Shown here: piece after piece, positions 24,373 to 37,795 of the stretch
Layout: the number at the start of each line of letters is the position of its first letter
Numbering within the stretch: position 1 is the first letter of the stretch
Origin: Vicugna vicugna
Lineage: Eukaryota
Length of the DNA: 64,000 nucleotides
Direction of reading: 5' to 3'
Assembly (NCBI GenBank): GCA_013265495.1
Contig: MU057990.1
Location: 1-64,000 of the forward strand
Made by a program: the position numbers and the translations under genes
The notes under the pieces: model-generated
The model's input: only the letters and a program-made list of their open reading frames with translations
What the model was told of the DNA's origin: nothing
Database searches by the model: none

Positions 24373-27164
24373 AGTTAACAAACGAATGGATCAAGCATGC
24401 TTTGAAAGAATCTGTCTCTGATTTCACCTAAGATGCTAGTTTCTTTCCAACTGAAATGGTGGAAACAACGTTGTCACCACCTGTGGTCTGTTCTTGTGCA
24501 CCTGAGACAATCCCCACTCCCACCCCAGAGTATTTCTGGCTTTACATGTGTGTGCCCCTGTGTGCCTGAATCTGCTGGGGAACTTGTTAAGTGCAGACTT
24601 CTAGATTCTACACCCAGAGTTGCAAATGAAGCCCGTGAACCTGCATTGAAATACGCATTCCCCATGGCTCTTAGGCACAGTACAGTCCGAGAACCTTGGG
24701 TCCTGGAGATTGGCCACTCCCACCAACTGTGGGTGCAAAGCCCTGTTCCAGGTGATATGGTGGGTTACAGAAAGCAAGAATACATCAAGAATCTCGCAAT
24801 CTACTAAGGGAGAGGAAAGCTGGGCATGTATAGCTGAAAGTCAAGGGACAGTAATGGGATGACATAGCAGAGATATTTAGGTAGAAAAATATGAAATTGC
24901 TGATATTCAAACATTTTTAAGATGGAGAAAACTTTAATAGGTCAAAACAGGGCTAAAGGGGAAAGGCCCAGACACTCTTATTTTCCCCGGTTTTTTGGTC
25001 TGGTGCACCAGGTCTCAATAGTGCCAGGTTTTAAGTGTGGAGTTTTCATTTCTCTGGGATAAAAACCCAGCAGTGGCATTTATCATGGATCATATGATAA
25101 GTATCTATTTAGTTTTTAAGAAATTTCCAAACTATTTTCCAGAGTGGTTATACCATTTTACATCCTCATCAACGATGTATAAGTGATTCAGTTTCTCCAC
25201 ATCCTGGTCATCGTTTGGTGGTGTTACTTTTTTTGTTTTAACTTTTGCCATTCTGATAGGTGTTCTGTAGTGATATTTCATTGTTTTCATTTATATTTCC
25301 CTAATGGCAAGTGATATAGAACATTTTTTATTTGCTTATTTTCCATCTGTATATCCTCTTCAGTGAAATGTCTGTTCATGTGTTTTGCCCATTTTCTAAT
25401 TGAATTACTTGTTTCTCTACTGTTGAGTTTCAAAAGTTCTTTATAATTTCTAGGTACTAGTCCTTTGTCAGATGTGTGGCTTGCAAATATTTTCTTTTCT
25501 CCCATTTCATTTGTGTTCTTCAAAACTGTTTTGGACATTCTGATTTATTCCCCTTTCTATACCAATTTTACAATAATCTTGTTTATATTTTCAAAAAATC
25601 TTGCTAGGATTTTGAATTGTGTTAAAGTGGTGCATCCATTTGAGAAGACCTGAAATATTTACTATGTTGAGTCTTCCAATCCAAGAACATGCTCTTTCTC
25701 CATTTATTTAGTCTCTGATTTTTTTGATCAGTCTTGTGTAGTTTTCAACACACAAGTGCTAGTCCTGTACATGCTTTGTTAGATTCACACTTAACTATTT
25801 CATTTTTGAGCAATTATAAATGGTATTGTATTTTTAATTTTGGTGCCTACATACTCATTGCTAGTATATAAAAGTGCAATTAATTTACATGTCTATCTTG
25901 TATCCTGGGAATTTGATGAACTTACTTAGCAGTTCTAAGAGTTTAGGGTAGATTCCTTGGGATTTTCTACATAGACAATTATACAACCTGCGAATAGATA
26001 CAGTTTTACTTCTTCCTTTTTTATCCGTATGCCTTGTTTCCTTTTCTTGCCTTATTGTGCTGTAGAGAATTTCCAGTACTGTGTTGAGTAGCAGTGGTAA
26101 GAGCAGATATCCTCGCCTTGTTCCCCATCTCAAGGCAAAAGCATTTATTCTTTCCCCACAGGAAGCATGACGTTAGCTGAAAGTTTTTTGCAGACGTTCT
26201 TTATCAAGTTGAGGAAGTTACCCTCTATTCCTATTTTTGATAGTTTTTTTCATCGTAAGTAGGTGTTAAATTTTGTCGTTTTTTGTGATTGATTCATATG
26301 ATCATGCGATTTTTCTTCTTTAGCCAGTTATACAGTGGATTATGTTGATTCATTTTTTAAAAACTACTGACCCAGCCTTGCATCACCAGACTAAAACTCA
26401 TTTGGTTATGGTATAGAACTGTTATATTTCTGAATTCAAATAGAATAGCTATTATTTTCTTGAGTATTTTTGCATCTGAGTTCATGAAGGCTATTGGTCT
26501 ATAGTTTTTGTTTTGTTTTTGCAATCTCTATGTCTGGTTTTGATATCAGAGTAAAACTGGTCTCATAAAATCTGTTGAAAAGATGTTCCCCTCTTCTATT
26601 TTCTGGATGATGTTGTGGATTATTCGTGTTAACTGTTCATTAGATACTTCATAAAATTCTTTACTGAAGCCATCTGGGCCAGGAGAGGGCTTTTTTGAAA
26701 AATTTAAAGTTACAAAATCAATTCCCTTCATTGTTACAGTGCTATTCAAATTATTTATTTCATATTGGGTGAGTTTGGGTAGTTTGTGCTTTTCAAGCAA
26801 TTGGTCCATTTCATCAAATCTCTCAAATTTATATATGCAGAGTTGTTTGTAGTATTCTCCTATTATCCTTTTAATGGCTACAGAGTCTGTAGTGATACCC
26901 CTTGTTTCATTTCTGATATTAGTTGTTTATGTCATCTCTTTTTCCTTTTTCAGTCTTACTAGAGGTTTGTTAATTTTATATACTTTAAAATAAGAATCAG
27001 CTTCTCTATTCATTGATTTTCTGTAATGTTCTTCCCTATTTTCAATTTGACTGACTTCTGCTCTTTATTATTTCCATCCTTCTTGCTTTGGGTTTATTTT
27101 GCTCTTCTTTTTCTGGGTTCTTAAAGTGAGAGCTTAGATGGTTCATCTGATACTTTTCTTTTTT

Positions 27165-27302
27165 AATTTATTTTTATTTTGGAGAGATTAATTAATTAAT
27201 TAATTAACTAACTAACTAACTAACAAGAGGCACTGGGGATTGAACCCAGGACCACGTGCATGCCGAGCACATGTTCTACCGCTTAAGCTATACCCTCCCC
27301 CC
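27165..27302 (-). mobile_element. tRNA-Ala-derived camelid-type SINE with (TAAT/TAAC)n tail
   Basis: ctggggattgaacccaggacc...agctataccctcccccc; TSD acttttctttttt. Confidence 0.9.
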
Positions 27303-29249
27303 ACTTTTCTTTTTTTCTAACATGAGCATTTTGTGCCATAAATTTAGTGCCCCTTTAACACTGCTTTAGCTAGGTCTCAAAAATTATATATCGTATTTTC
27401 ATTTTCATTCAGTTCAATGTATTTTTTAATTTCCCTTGAAACTTCTTCTTAGATCTATGAACTTATTTAGAAGTGTGTTTCATAGTTTCCCAGTGTTTAA
27501 AATCTTTCTGTTATCTTTCTTTTATTAATTTCTAGTTTGATCCCATTGTGATCAGAGAACAAACTCTGTTTGCTTTCACTTCTTTTAAATTTGTTGAAGT
27601 TTGCCTTATGGCCCAGAGTATGGTCTGTCTTGCTATTATCTTCCATGGGTATTTGAAAAGAAGGTGCATTCTGCTGTTGTTGGATGAAGTATTCTATAAA
27701 TGTTGATCATATCTTTTTGGTTGATGGTGTTGAGTTCTTCTATATCTTTGCAGATTTTCTGCCTGGTTGTTGTATCAATTGTTGAGAGAAGAGTGTTGAA
27801 ATTTCAACTATAACTGTGGCTCTGTCTATTTTTCTTTTCAGTTCTATTCTTTTTTTTTTTTTTTTTTGCTTCACAAATTTCTAAGCTCTGCCATTTGGTG
27901 CACCACACATTTAGGCGCACCACACATTTAGGATTCTTAGCAGAGTGACTCTTTTATCATTATCATTTTATCATTTATTTTATCACTTATCATGATATCA
28001 TATCATTTTATCATTATCATTTCATCATTATGTACTGATCCTCTTTTCTGCTACTTGTCTCTGTTTCATTGTTCTTGCCTTCCTGTAGGTTATTTAAACA
28101 TTTTTTTAGAATTCTGTTTCAAGTAATCTATAGTGTTTTTAGTGTATCTCTTTGTACAACTTCCTAGTGACTGCTCTATGTATTTTATTATGCATACATA
28201 GCTTATCACAGTCTACTGATATCATCATTTTAAAAGTTCAGGTGAGTGTAGAAACTTTATCTCCCTTTATGTCCCTTTCACTTCCCCCATCTATAATATA
28301 ATTGTCTTAAATAATTGACAACCAGGTCAAGGTAGTGTTATATAGTTTTTGCTTCAACCATCAAACATAATTTAGACAACTCCAAACGAGACAAAAGTCA
28401 TTGTCTATCAGTCTAGGAGTAAAAGTATTTACTCATATATTTTGCTCATTCTGCGATTCCTCTTTCCTGATAATCTAAGACTTCTTCTATTATTTCCTGT
28501 CTGTTGATAGAAGTTCCTGTAAACATTCTTTTCCACTGGCATCACATTCTCTTAGCTGATCTTCATCTGAGAGTGTTTTGATTTCACCTTCATTCCTGGA
28601 AGATATTTTTGCTGAATATAGAAATTTGGACTGCCAGTTCTTCTGAAAATGTTGTCATTTCCTTTTGCCCTGCATAGTTTCTGATGAGAATCCTGCTGTT
28701 ATTTGAATTTTTCCCCCTATTGGAAAGGTGTTGTTTCTCTCTTCTTGATTTCAAGATTTTCCTCTTGTATTTAGTATTTATTGAGGTTTATCTTGTCCTG
28801 AATTTCTTTGGATTTATCCTGTTTGGGGTTTGTGCAGCTTCTTGGCATTGTAGGTTTGTTTCTTTTGCCAAATTTTGGGAATTCTGCCAATTATTTTTCA
28901 AACTACTTTTTCAGTCCCTCCCTTTTTCTTCTCTGTTGAGACCCTATTGCCATAAATGTTAGATCTTCTGTTATAGTCCCACAGGTCTCTATTACACAAG
29001 TTTTGATAATAGGAAATTTTTATTGCTTTATTTTTAACTTCAATGCTTTTTTCCTCTATCCTGTCCATTCTGCTGATTGGCCATTAACTGCATTTTTTGT
29101 TTGTTTTTGTATTTTCCAATTCCAAAATTCTAATTGCCTTCTTTTTTATATCTTTCATTTATTTTCTGGGATTTTCTATTTTTATTTGTTTCAAATGTGT
29201 CCATAATTGCTCCTTGAAGCATTTTTATGATGACTCCTTTAAAACCTTT

Positions 29250-29545
29250 TGTTTTTATTTTTTAATTTTTTAGTGAAGTACAGTTTCAATGTGTCGACTT
29301 CTGGTGTACAGCACAATGTCCCAGTCATGCATATACATACATATATTTGTTTTTATATTCTTTTTCATTATAAGTTACTATAGGATATTGAATAGAGTTC
29401 CCTGTGCTATACAGAAGAAACTTGTTTTTTAAAATCTATTTTTATATATAGTGGCTAACATTTGCAAATCTCAAAAGTCCCAGATTTATCCCTTCCCACC
29501 CCCTCTCCCCCAGTAACCATAAGATTGTTTACTATGTCTGCAAGT
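29250..29545 (-). mobile_element. Young L1 3'-end fragment
   Basis: Poly(T), gtgaagtacagt...ctggtgtacagcacaatgtcccagtcatgcata...cagtaaccataag. Confidence 0.85.
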
Positions 29546-30551
29546 CTTTTTCTGCTAATTCTAACATTGCTGTCATCTTGATATTGGCATCTACTGATTT
29601 TTTCCATTGTTGGAGATCTTCCTAGTTATTTGTATAACAAATGATTTTTGGGGGCTATGGATACTTTTTATTGTGTTGTGAGACTCTGGCTCTACATATT
29701 CTGTTTAAGCTGGTTTCTTTTGACATTGCTCTGGCAGGGGAAGGAGAGACACTACCACCTTACTTACATGGGGAGGTAGAAGTCCAGTTTCTCCTCTTGG
29801 CCTCCATTGACACCTGGGGTGGCTCCTCATTACTGTTATGCAAAGATAGTAGTTATGCCTAGTCATATAGTCTCCGTTGATAACTGCTTGGCCAGGAGAG
29901 GTTGGAGGGCCTTGATACTGCTCCTCACATGGCCTTTACTGACACTGGGGAGGGGTGGGTGGTGTGGGGTGACCGATTTTCCACTGGGCAGTGGTAAAGT
30001 CTTGACTCTTCACTAGGCCTCCTCTAACTTCACCCTAGCAGGGGGATCAGGGCACCTTGTTACAGCCTGAGGAGGGTGGAAGTCTGGGCTCCACACTAGA
30101 ACTTCGCTAGCATGGGTGGGTTGGGGCCACAGTATTTTTCTGTGGGGTGTGGCTGAAGTAGAGCAGTTATTGTCTAAAAGGTTTCTGTCTGGCTAGGCTC
30201 TCCCTCTTTTTGTCCTTTGGCTGGGAGAGTAGGTTTTCCTTGGGGCTTTTATGTCTCTGCCTTTGACATTTTGGGTCGCCAGCTTCTTCAGCACCTAGTC
30301 TGGGATAGGGGAGGCAAAAGGAAAACAGAATTCACCACTGTTTAGAGCCTTGCATCCCCCAGGTTCCTACTCCATCTGCCTTTTCCTCTCTACCTTTCAG
30401 TGTGTTTGCAGGTTTGTTTTTAAAACAAAAATGTCCAGAGTTTTCAGCTGTGCTTTGTGGGAGGAACAAGGGAAAGCACATCTATTCAATCTGTCTGGAA
30501 ATGTGTTTTGAAATTCTGAATTTGGGGGATTTTAAGACCGTAATTTGATGC

Positions 30552-30915
30552 ACAGTGGTTCTCATACTTGAGTGTGCATCAGAATTGCCTGGAGGGCTTA
30601 TTAAAGCACAGTTTTCTGAGTGCATCTCCCAGATGTAAGGATAGGGTAGATGTGAGGTGGGGCTTGGGAATTTGCATTTCCTATAAGTCCTAGCCAATAC
30701 TGCTGGTTCAAGGACCACATTTTAAGTCTCCTCCCTTAGGGATATCTCGCCTGATTATTCTCAATTCTGGCTGCTCATTAGAATCAACTAGTAAGCTTAA
30801 TTTTCAAAAAAAAAATGTCCAGTCACCACCTAGTCCCACTCCCACCCCTCAGATACTTTTATTCCATTGGTCTGAGGTGAGAACTGGGAATTTGGTAGTT
30901 CTAAAAGCTTCCCAG
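30552..30915. mobile_element. Two adjacent MER5-type MITEs
   Basis: cagtggttctcatacttgagtgtgcatcagaatt...ggaccacatttt; a second copy ttctcaattctggctgctcattagaatca...aaagcttccc. Confidence 0.7.
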
Positions 30916-30917
30916 AC

Positions 30918-31394
30918 ATGAATGTTCATAACAGCATTAATCATAATAGCCAAAAAGTGAAAATAACCCATACATGCATTGACTGATGAATGGATAATCA
31001 AAATGTGTTATATCCATACAATGGAATACTATCCAGCCACGAAAAGGAATGAAATACTGATACATGCTACAACATGCTTGAACCTTGAAAATATTATGTA
31101 AAGTGAGAGAAGTCAGATACAAAAGGCCACATATTATGTGCTTCCAAATAAATGAAATATCCAGAATGGACAAATCTATAGAGCCAGAAGTTAGATTAGT
31201 GATTGTCAAGGCTGATGGGATTGGGAGGAAATGGGGACTGAATGCCATGGGGTTTCCTTTTGAGGATGATGAATTATTCTGGAATTAGAGAGTGGTGATG
31301 GTTGTACAATCTTGTGAATATGCTAAATGCCACTGAATTGTACTCTTTAAAAAGATAAATTTTATGGTATGTGAATTATATCTCAATTAAAAAG
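30918..31394 (+). mobile_element. L1MB-type 3' end
   Basis: gaatgttcataacagca...atccatacaatggaatacta...gaaatactgatacatgctacaacatg...gtgaattatatctcaattaaaaa. Confidence 0.85.
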
Positions 31395-32489
31395 CACTCC
31401 TCTTGGGTAATATCTAACATGTTCCAATAAATGGAATAGTGTAGTATTTTACCACACATGATGTTGCAAATGCTGACAGGAGTCACAGAGATTTTTTAAA
31501 TGTCCAGGTAAAGGATCTGTATTTATTTCTGTAGATCACAAATTTAGTTTTATGAATTTGTCTGATTAGAAGAATTACCTGAAAGCTTGTTAAAAGTGTA
31601 GAATCTCAGATCCCTTCAATGAGGATTTAGAGTCTGGGTTATAACTAGATTCAGGCCTTGAGTGGTGCTGGAAAACCAATTCTATTAACAATACCTGGAG
31701 TGATTTTGATGTTCAAATGAGTTTGGGAAACACAAACATAAGTGATAGGGAGCCACTAAAAGATTTTTCCTCTTCTAATTAAAAAATTAGTTATTTTCTG
31801 AAATGTCTCATTGTTTCAGCAGCTTATTAGAATTTAATTTAATCAGAATTTTGATTTACCACAGATGTTTGCCAAAGAGCAATGAACTGTTCTTACTTAT
31901 ATTTGAGCTATGTTAAACAATGGGAAATGGTCTATGTATTTGTAAAGCCCATTTATGTTAAGTCTAATTATGTCTCTGTAGTCAGCTCCCACACTTAACC
32001 AATATGAATCGATGTCAACTGTAGATTTCGAACTGCTTTCCCATTGTTTATTCCATCTTGTTCCTTTTTTCTTTTATCCATGTGTAGCACATTTCTAACA
32101 TTCACATCATTTATGCAGTGCTTTTCAAGATGAAAAATATCTTTCCTTTCTGACAATATTAGAACAAATTTTTTAACTGTAAAGAAAAATATTAAAGTTC
32201 TCCATAGACTTGCCTATTTTCCAGAAAGAACTTCTGCTAATGCTATAGTAGATATACTTCCAGATATTTTATGCATATATACTAAGATGGACTCATACCG
32301 TGCCTTCTGTCTTATTTGCTTATTTTGGTGAGCAACTTTTCATGTCAGTGCTTTAAAGATCTACCTTATCTATTTTAATGACTGTCCAGTATGTATGTGT
32401 ACTCTATAATTTACTTAATCAGTACCCTTTCAAGAGACCTAACTTGTAATCCATTTGGTTGCTAATGTGATATTTTTTGTCTTTGGAAT

Positions 32490-33800
32490 AAAGATTCAAT
32501 CATTTGAAAAATAAAACCATGAATGTACTGGGAGAAAATATAGAACACTTTTATAATCATGGATTAGGGAGAGCTTCTTAAACCCCAACAATACATCCAA
32601 AAGCCATAAAAAATGTCAATCAAACTTGACAGCAGAAATGTTAAAACTTTCAGCAGACACCATGAACAAAGTTAAAACACATATCAACAGGTTAGATTAA
32701 ATAGTTACAACATACAACAAATTGAGAGTCATACATTATAAAAAGCACATAGAAAGTATTAAGAAATACTCCAAATTCAGTGGCGGGAGTGGTGTAGCTC
32801 GGTGGTAAAGTGCATGCTTAGCATGCAGGAAGTCCTGGATTCAATTCTTAGTACCTCCATTAAATAAATAAATAAATAAACCTGATTACCTCCCCTCCCC
32901 TCCTCCAAAAAACTAAAGAAATATTCAAAATTCAATAGGAAAATGGATAAAGGATATGAGTCAATTCATGAGTAGGGAAATATAAATGGCTCATAAACTT
33001 CTGAAAAGCTGTTCAACTGCATTAATTAAATAAATCCAAATCAATACAACAATGCATAGTACGTTTGCCTATTAGCTTTGCAAAGTTAAAACTGACTAAT
33101 AGTATCCTGTTATGGCTAGTGTGGGAAGATGGCACTGACACTGTTATAAGGGTGAAAATTGGTACAGCCACATTGGAAGGACGATTTTGCCTTCCGTATC
33201 AACATGTAAATTGTCCACACACTATGATCCAGTGGTTGCATTTCTAGGACTCTAACCTACAGAAGCGGCACAAGTACACAAAGATATTTGCACAACAATA
33301 CTCATTGCAGCACTATTTGATAGCCAAATGTAGAAACAACCAAATGTTTTTCAATAGGGAAATGGTTAAATAAATGATGGTGCAATACTGTGCAACTTTT
33401 AAAATGAAGTAGATCTGCATTCTGCTGTCATGAAAAGATAACCAGGAAGTGATATTAGGTAAAAAACAAACTTGGGGAACAATATGTGAACTGTGATCCT
33501 ATTTTTATAAAGAATATTTCTTGAATGTATCTAGCATATATGTAGCTATATCTATCATAATGTGCCATAAATGTATCATAACGTATAGCTAGCTCTGTCT
33601 CTCCCTCTTTTCTCCCACACACACACACACCCCCCTAGAATACACACAGATACTCACATTTACCAAAAAAATGTCTGGAATGTAACATAGCAAATATGAA
33701 CAGTTATTACCTCTCATGAGTGAAACATTCACTTTTTTTGTACATGTTTGTAGGGTAACAAATATGAGTTAGTTACAATGAACAAGCAAAGCATTGTTTC
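32490..33800 (+). mobile_element. Ancient L1ME-like ORF2/3' fragment
   Basis: caccatgaacaaagttaaaa...aaaatggataaaggatatga...aaattggtacagccac...cattgcagcactatttg. Confidence 0.7.
32782..32915 (+). mobile_element. tRNA-Ala-derived camelid-type SINE
   Basis: gtagctcggtggtaaagtgcatgcttagcatgcagg...gtacctcca(taaa)n cctgattacctcccc; imperfect TSD aagaaatactccaaattca / aagaaatattcaaaattca. Confidence 0.88.
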
Positions 33801-34189
33801 TATAAATATATGTATATAGAGAGAACATATACATATTTAGAATATATGTATATATTCATATGTACATTCCAGGTGGAATTATAAAATTCATCTTGAAGTT
33901 GTGTTTCTGTGAAAGTTGACAGTTTTAGAGTAGGGGTATGAAAATGATTAGAGCTGGGCTTGAATTTAATCTGGAGAGAGATAAGTACCAAGGAAATGGA
34001 TGGACGGCAGAAACATTGTAGAAAGGAAAATCTATAGGACCTGACAACTAATTACATGTAAGTGGAGAGATAAAGGTGAGTTAAAAATAGCTCCATCACT
34101 GAAACAACTTGGAGATACCATTAACCTGGGTAGGGAAGCTAAAGGAGCTGATCTGAAGGGACAATCATAACTTCAGAGGCTAGCCAGGT

Positions 34190-34782
34190 GCATGAGTTAT
34201 CTATCTACTGCTACAAAATAATTTACTTCAAAACTTAGTGGCTTAAAATAACAATCATCATGTATTATCTCTATGGTTTCTGTGGGTTGGGAATTGAGGC
34301 TAGGCACAGTAGGGAAAACTTGTTTCCACCCCATGATGTCTGCTGGGAGCTGTAGTCATCTGATGGTTCTTTCACTCACACGTCAGACAATTGATGATGG
34401 TGTTGGCTGGGGGCTTACCTGGGACAGTCTGCCAGCACAGCAGCATGTGGCCTCTTCATGTGGCCTGGCTTCCTCACAACATGATGGCTGAGTTACAAGA
34501 ATAATCATTCTGAGAGGCAGAGGGTGAGAAGGGTGGGGGAGGGGGAGAGAGAGATCCAGGTGAAAACCATATTGCCTTTTCTGACCTTTCCTTGGACATT
34601 GTCCAGCATTGTTTCCACTGCATGCCATTGGCCAGCACAGTCTCAATCCCCCAGCCCCAGATTTAAGGGCAGGAACCATAGATTCCATCTCACAGGGAGA
34701 AGAATATCAGTAACAGTGTAAGAGCATGTAGGTGAGTTAGATACATAGGTGTGGCCATCTTTGGAAAATACAATCTCTCACA
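34190..34782 (-). mobile_element. MLT1 (F-H-like) solo LTR
   Basis: caaaacttagtggcttaaaataaca...tggtttctgtgggttgggaatt...ggcttcctcacaacatg...ggccatctttggaaaatacaatct. Confidence 0.78.
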
Positions 34783-35177
34783 TTCCATCATATCTTCAGG
34801 TGAATTAGACTGGTAATGGCTCTAAGTGATGGATTATTACTTCCTGAGAGATTTGTATTTAACTAAGGAACCCAGTAGTCCCCCATTCCTCCACCAAAAT
34901 GAGTAAGTCATTAAAGGTGAGGAGGTTACATCATTAAAGGTGGAAAACATGATTTGAGGAAGAATGTTTTAGTCTTTAATATAAAAGACTCAATATATAA
35001 AGACAATATAAAAGTTAAAAAGACTCAAAGTCTTTAATATGGCATACAAGGTTCTCTATGAGCTGGTTCTCATCTAATTCCTAGATTTAATCTTCCAATT
35101 ATTTCTTAACTCACACCTTAAATACAATGTATGCCAAAATACCAGGTATGCCATATTTGTAGAAGTTCATCAAACAT

Positions 35178-35605
35178 CCTATCTTAGGTCAGGTTCCCTG
35201 GGAGCAGAGCCTGAGACAAGGATCTGGGTTCTTGTCATTGACTGAAGGCGAGCTCTCAGGAAAAAGGAAGAGAGAGAAGCAGGCTAGGGCAGGGAATGGA
35301 GCTAAGCAAGAATGTGGCCTCATTCAGAGTCTAGCTTGGCCAGATCCCTAAAGCTGTGAAGCACTTAATGACACCACAAGGTGATCCCATTCTGAAGCAA
35401 GGGGACTGTGTCAGTCAGTCATTGGCTGCAGGCTGGGGGAGGGGAGGTGGGCAAGCTGCCCACATGGCATGGTGCCTAACCGCTGGGCCAAGGCGGCTCT
35501 CCTTCCTGAGGGTAATTTTCCGGAGCAGGGGGAGCAGCTCTGAGCCTTTAGCAGCCCACGTTCACAAAAGGGGACCTGGGCCAGGCACCAGCAGGGGCCA
35601 TCACA
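35178..35605. mobile_element. LTR16/LTR33-like ERVL LTR
   Basis: tcttaggtcaggttccctgggagcagagcctgagacaagga...gcaggctagggcaggg...cagtcattggctg. Confidence 0.6.
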
Positions 35606-36018
35606 CACATTAATCTGTTTCAAGGCCTCAGACCCTGGCTTGTACTTGTCCTTTATCCTGGGATATCACTGCCTCTCCTTTCCTTCACTGGTATCACCTC
35701 CTCTAGGAGGCTTTCCCTGATAACTAACTGGCTACAGCCTACCCTTCTGGGCTCGAATAAAACCCTGTGCAACTCCCTCTCTAGCTCAGCATTTACCATA
35801 TTGTGTTGAAAGTATCTGTTTAGATAACCAGCCTCCCCCAGGGGAGTAGAAGCTCAGATGAACAGGAACCATGTCCTGTTCATATTTTTGCCCCAGGCAC
35901 TTAGCCAAGTGCCAAGCAGAGCAGGCCTAAGTAAATATCTGGGGAACTGAACACCAGGTAAGTGACTTCTTAGGTGGTGGTGTAAGGCCAGCCCGCTCTG
36001 CTATCAAGAGCTCTTCCA

Positions 36019-36928
36019 GGGTTGTGGTGGGGAGGGTATAGCTCAGTGGTAGAACACATGCTTAGCATGCACAAGGTCCTGGGTTCAATCCCCAGTACCT
36101 GGGAATCTAAAAAAAAAAAGGATACAAATGAATTTATCTACAAAACTGAAATAGACTCACAGACATAGGGAACAAACTTATGGTTACCAGTGGGTAAAGA
36201 GGGTGGGAAGGTATGAATTGGGATTTCGGAAATTGCACCTCTCTATCTTGATTGTAGTATTGGCTCCATGGGTGTATATATCTATCACAATTCATCAAAT
36301 TATACATTTGAAATATGTGTAGTTTACTGTACAGGAACCATGCCACAACAAAGGTGTTAAAAATAAAAAATTTTAAAAATAAATAAAATAATTTTTTAAA
36401 AAGCAAGTAGGTTCTAGGAATAGGGGTACAAAACAATCAGTCAGTCTTGGGAGGACTATACTATGTTGGGTAAGCTGTGAGATTTATGGATGGTATCTCG
36501 TTTCCTCTGTGATTAAAAAACACTGGGGGATGATTTCATTCAGTTAACAATCATTTATTGAGCAGATACTATATGTTCTTGCTTGGCATGTAGGTATGCA
36601 ATAAATATATTTTAAAAATCCTTAAAAAATACTAAACCAACCTTACAAAAAAAGTTAAAGAGTCTTCTTTAAGTGAAAAAATAAATGGTTACAACAAAAT
36701 AAGAAAATACAGGAATGGAAAAACCCCACTGGTAAATTCAAATATATAGTAAAGACAGTGGATCAACCAGCTAAATAAACTAGTACTAAGATTAAAAGAC
36801 AAAAATTGTAAAATCAATTATAACTACAATAAACAGTTAAGGGATAGGAATGAAGATACCAAATATGACATCAAAAACACAAAACGTGGCAGGGGGAGTA
36901 AAAAATGTAGATTAAAAAAAATTTTTTA
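36019..36928 (+). mobile_element. Composite retro-insertion: SINE head plus L1 and other fragments inside one 13-bp TSD
   Basis: aagagctcttcca at 36006-36018 and 36929-36941; SINE head 36029-36100; A-rich end. See findings. Confidence 0.75.
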
Positions 36929-37406
36929 AAGAGCTCTTCCATCCCCATGTAGTGGGGGAGGGGGAACAGAAAAACCTGGTAATATATTTGGAACAAATTA
37001 AGTGATTTATGATAAATAAACTAGCTGTAGAGGTTCTTGCTACACCTAAGTACAAATACAGTTCTACCATTGTTGCATTTCAAAGGATATGTTTTAACAT
37101 GTTTTAAATGCTGTCAATTGAAAAAAACAGTCTTAAGGAGAGGGGAGAGTTATGAAGTCTATGCCTTAGCAGGACTAGAAATGTTTCACTTTTTTGCTGG
37201 TAGAAAGAGCTTGGTGTAAGGGATGTTGAAGAATTTTCCACAGCACTAATCCTCCCCAGAAATTAAAAGCAAAACTAGAGGTATGGCAGTACCATGGGCC
37301 AACTAGGATGCAAAGCGCCTAAACCAAGAGGAGTGAGATGAATTTGACTAATATCTACAAGGTGAAAACTCACCAGTACTTGATGGCCTGGTGGATATAA
37401 GTGACC

Positions 37407-37795
37407 CATAAACTTCTGAAAATCTGTTCAACCAATTAATTAAATAAATCCAAAGTAAAACAACAATGCATAGTACATTTGCCTATTAGCTTTGCAAAAT
37501 TAAAACTGACTAATAGTACCTGTTATGGCTAGAGTGTGGGAAAATGGCACTGACACACTGTTATGAGGGTGAAAATTGGTACAACCACATTGGAAGGATG
37601 GTTTTGCCTTCCCTATCAACATGTAAATTGTCCACACGCTATGATCCATTGGCATTTCTAGGACTCTAACCTACAGAAATGGCACAAGTGCTTAAAGATT
37701 ATTTGCACAATACTCATTGCAGCACTATTTGATAGCCAAATGTAGGAACAACCAAATGTTTTTCAATAGGGAAATGGTTAAATAAATGATGGTGC
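37407..37795 (+). repeat. Local duplicate of 32992-33383
   Basis: Collinear, roughly 90% identical by eye from cataaacttctgaaaa to aataaatgatggtgc. Confidence 0.92.

Larger units (their letters stand above)
25040..30490 (-). mobile_element. Large, degraded antisense L1 (L1MC/MD-like) covering ORF2, ORF1 and the 5' region
   Basis: Minus-strand peptide remnants of ORF2 (LLPLLLNTVLEIL...IRQEKE; KPSPGPDGFSKEFYE; KIFASHTSDKGL...KWAKHMNRHFTEEDIQM); T-rich strand; internal deletions and nested insertions. Confidence 0.85.

Noticed and set aside
36029..36100. tRNA-Ala-like gene (and the seven similar copies)
   Set aside because: Dispersed, diverged copies with A-rich tails and TSDs; these are SINE heads, not tRNA genes.
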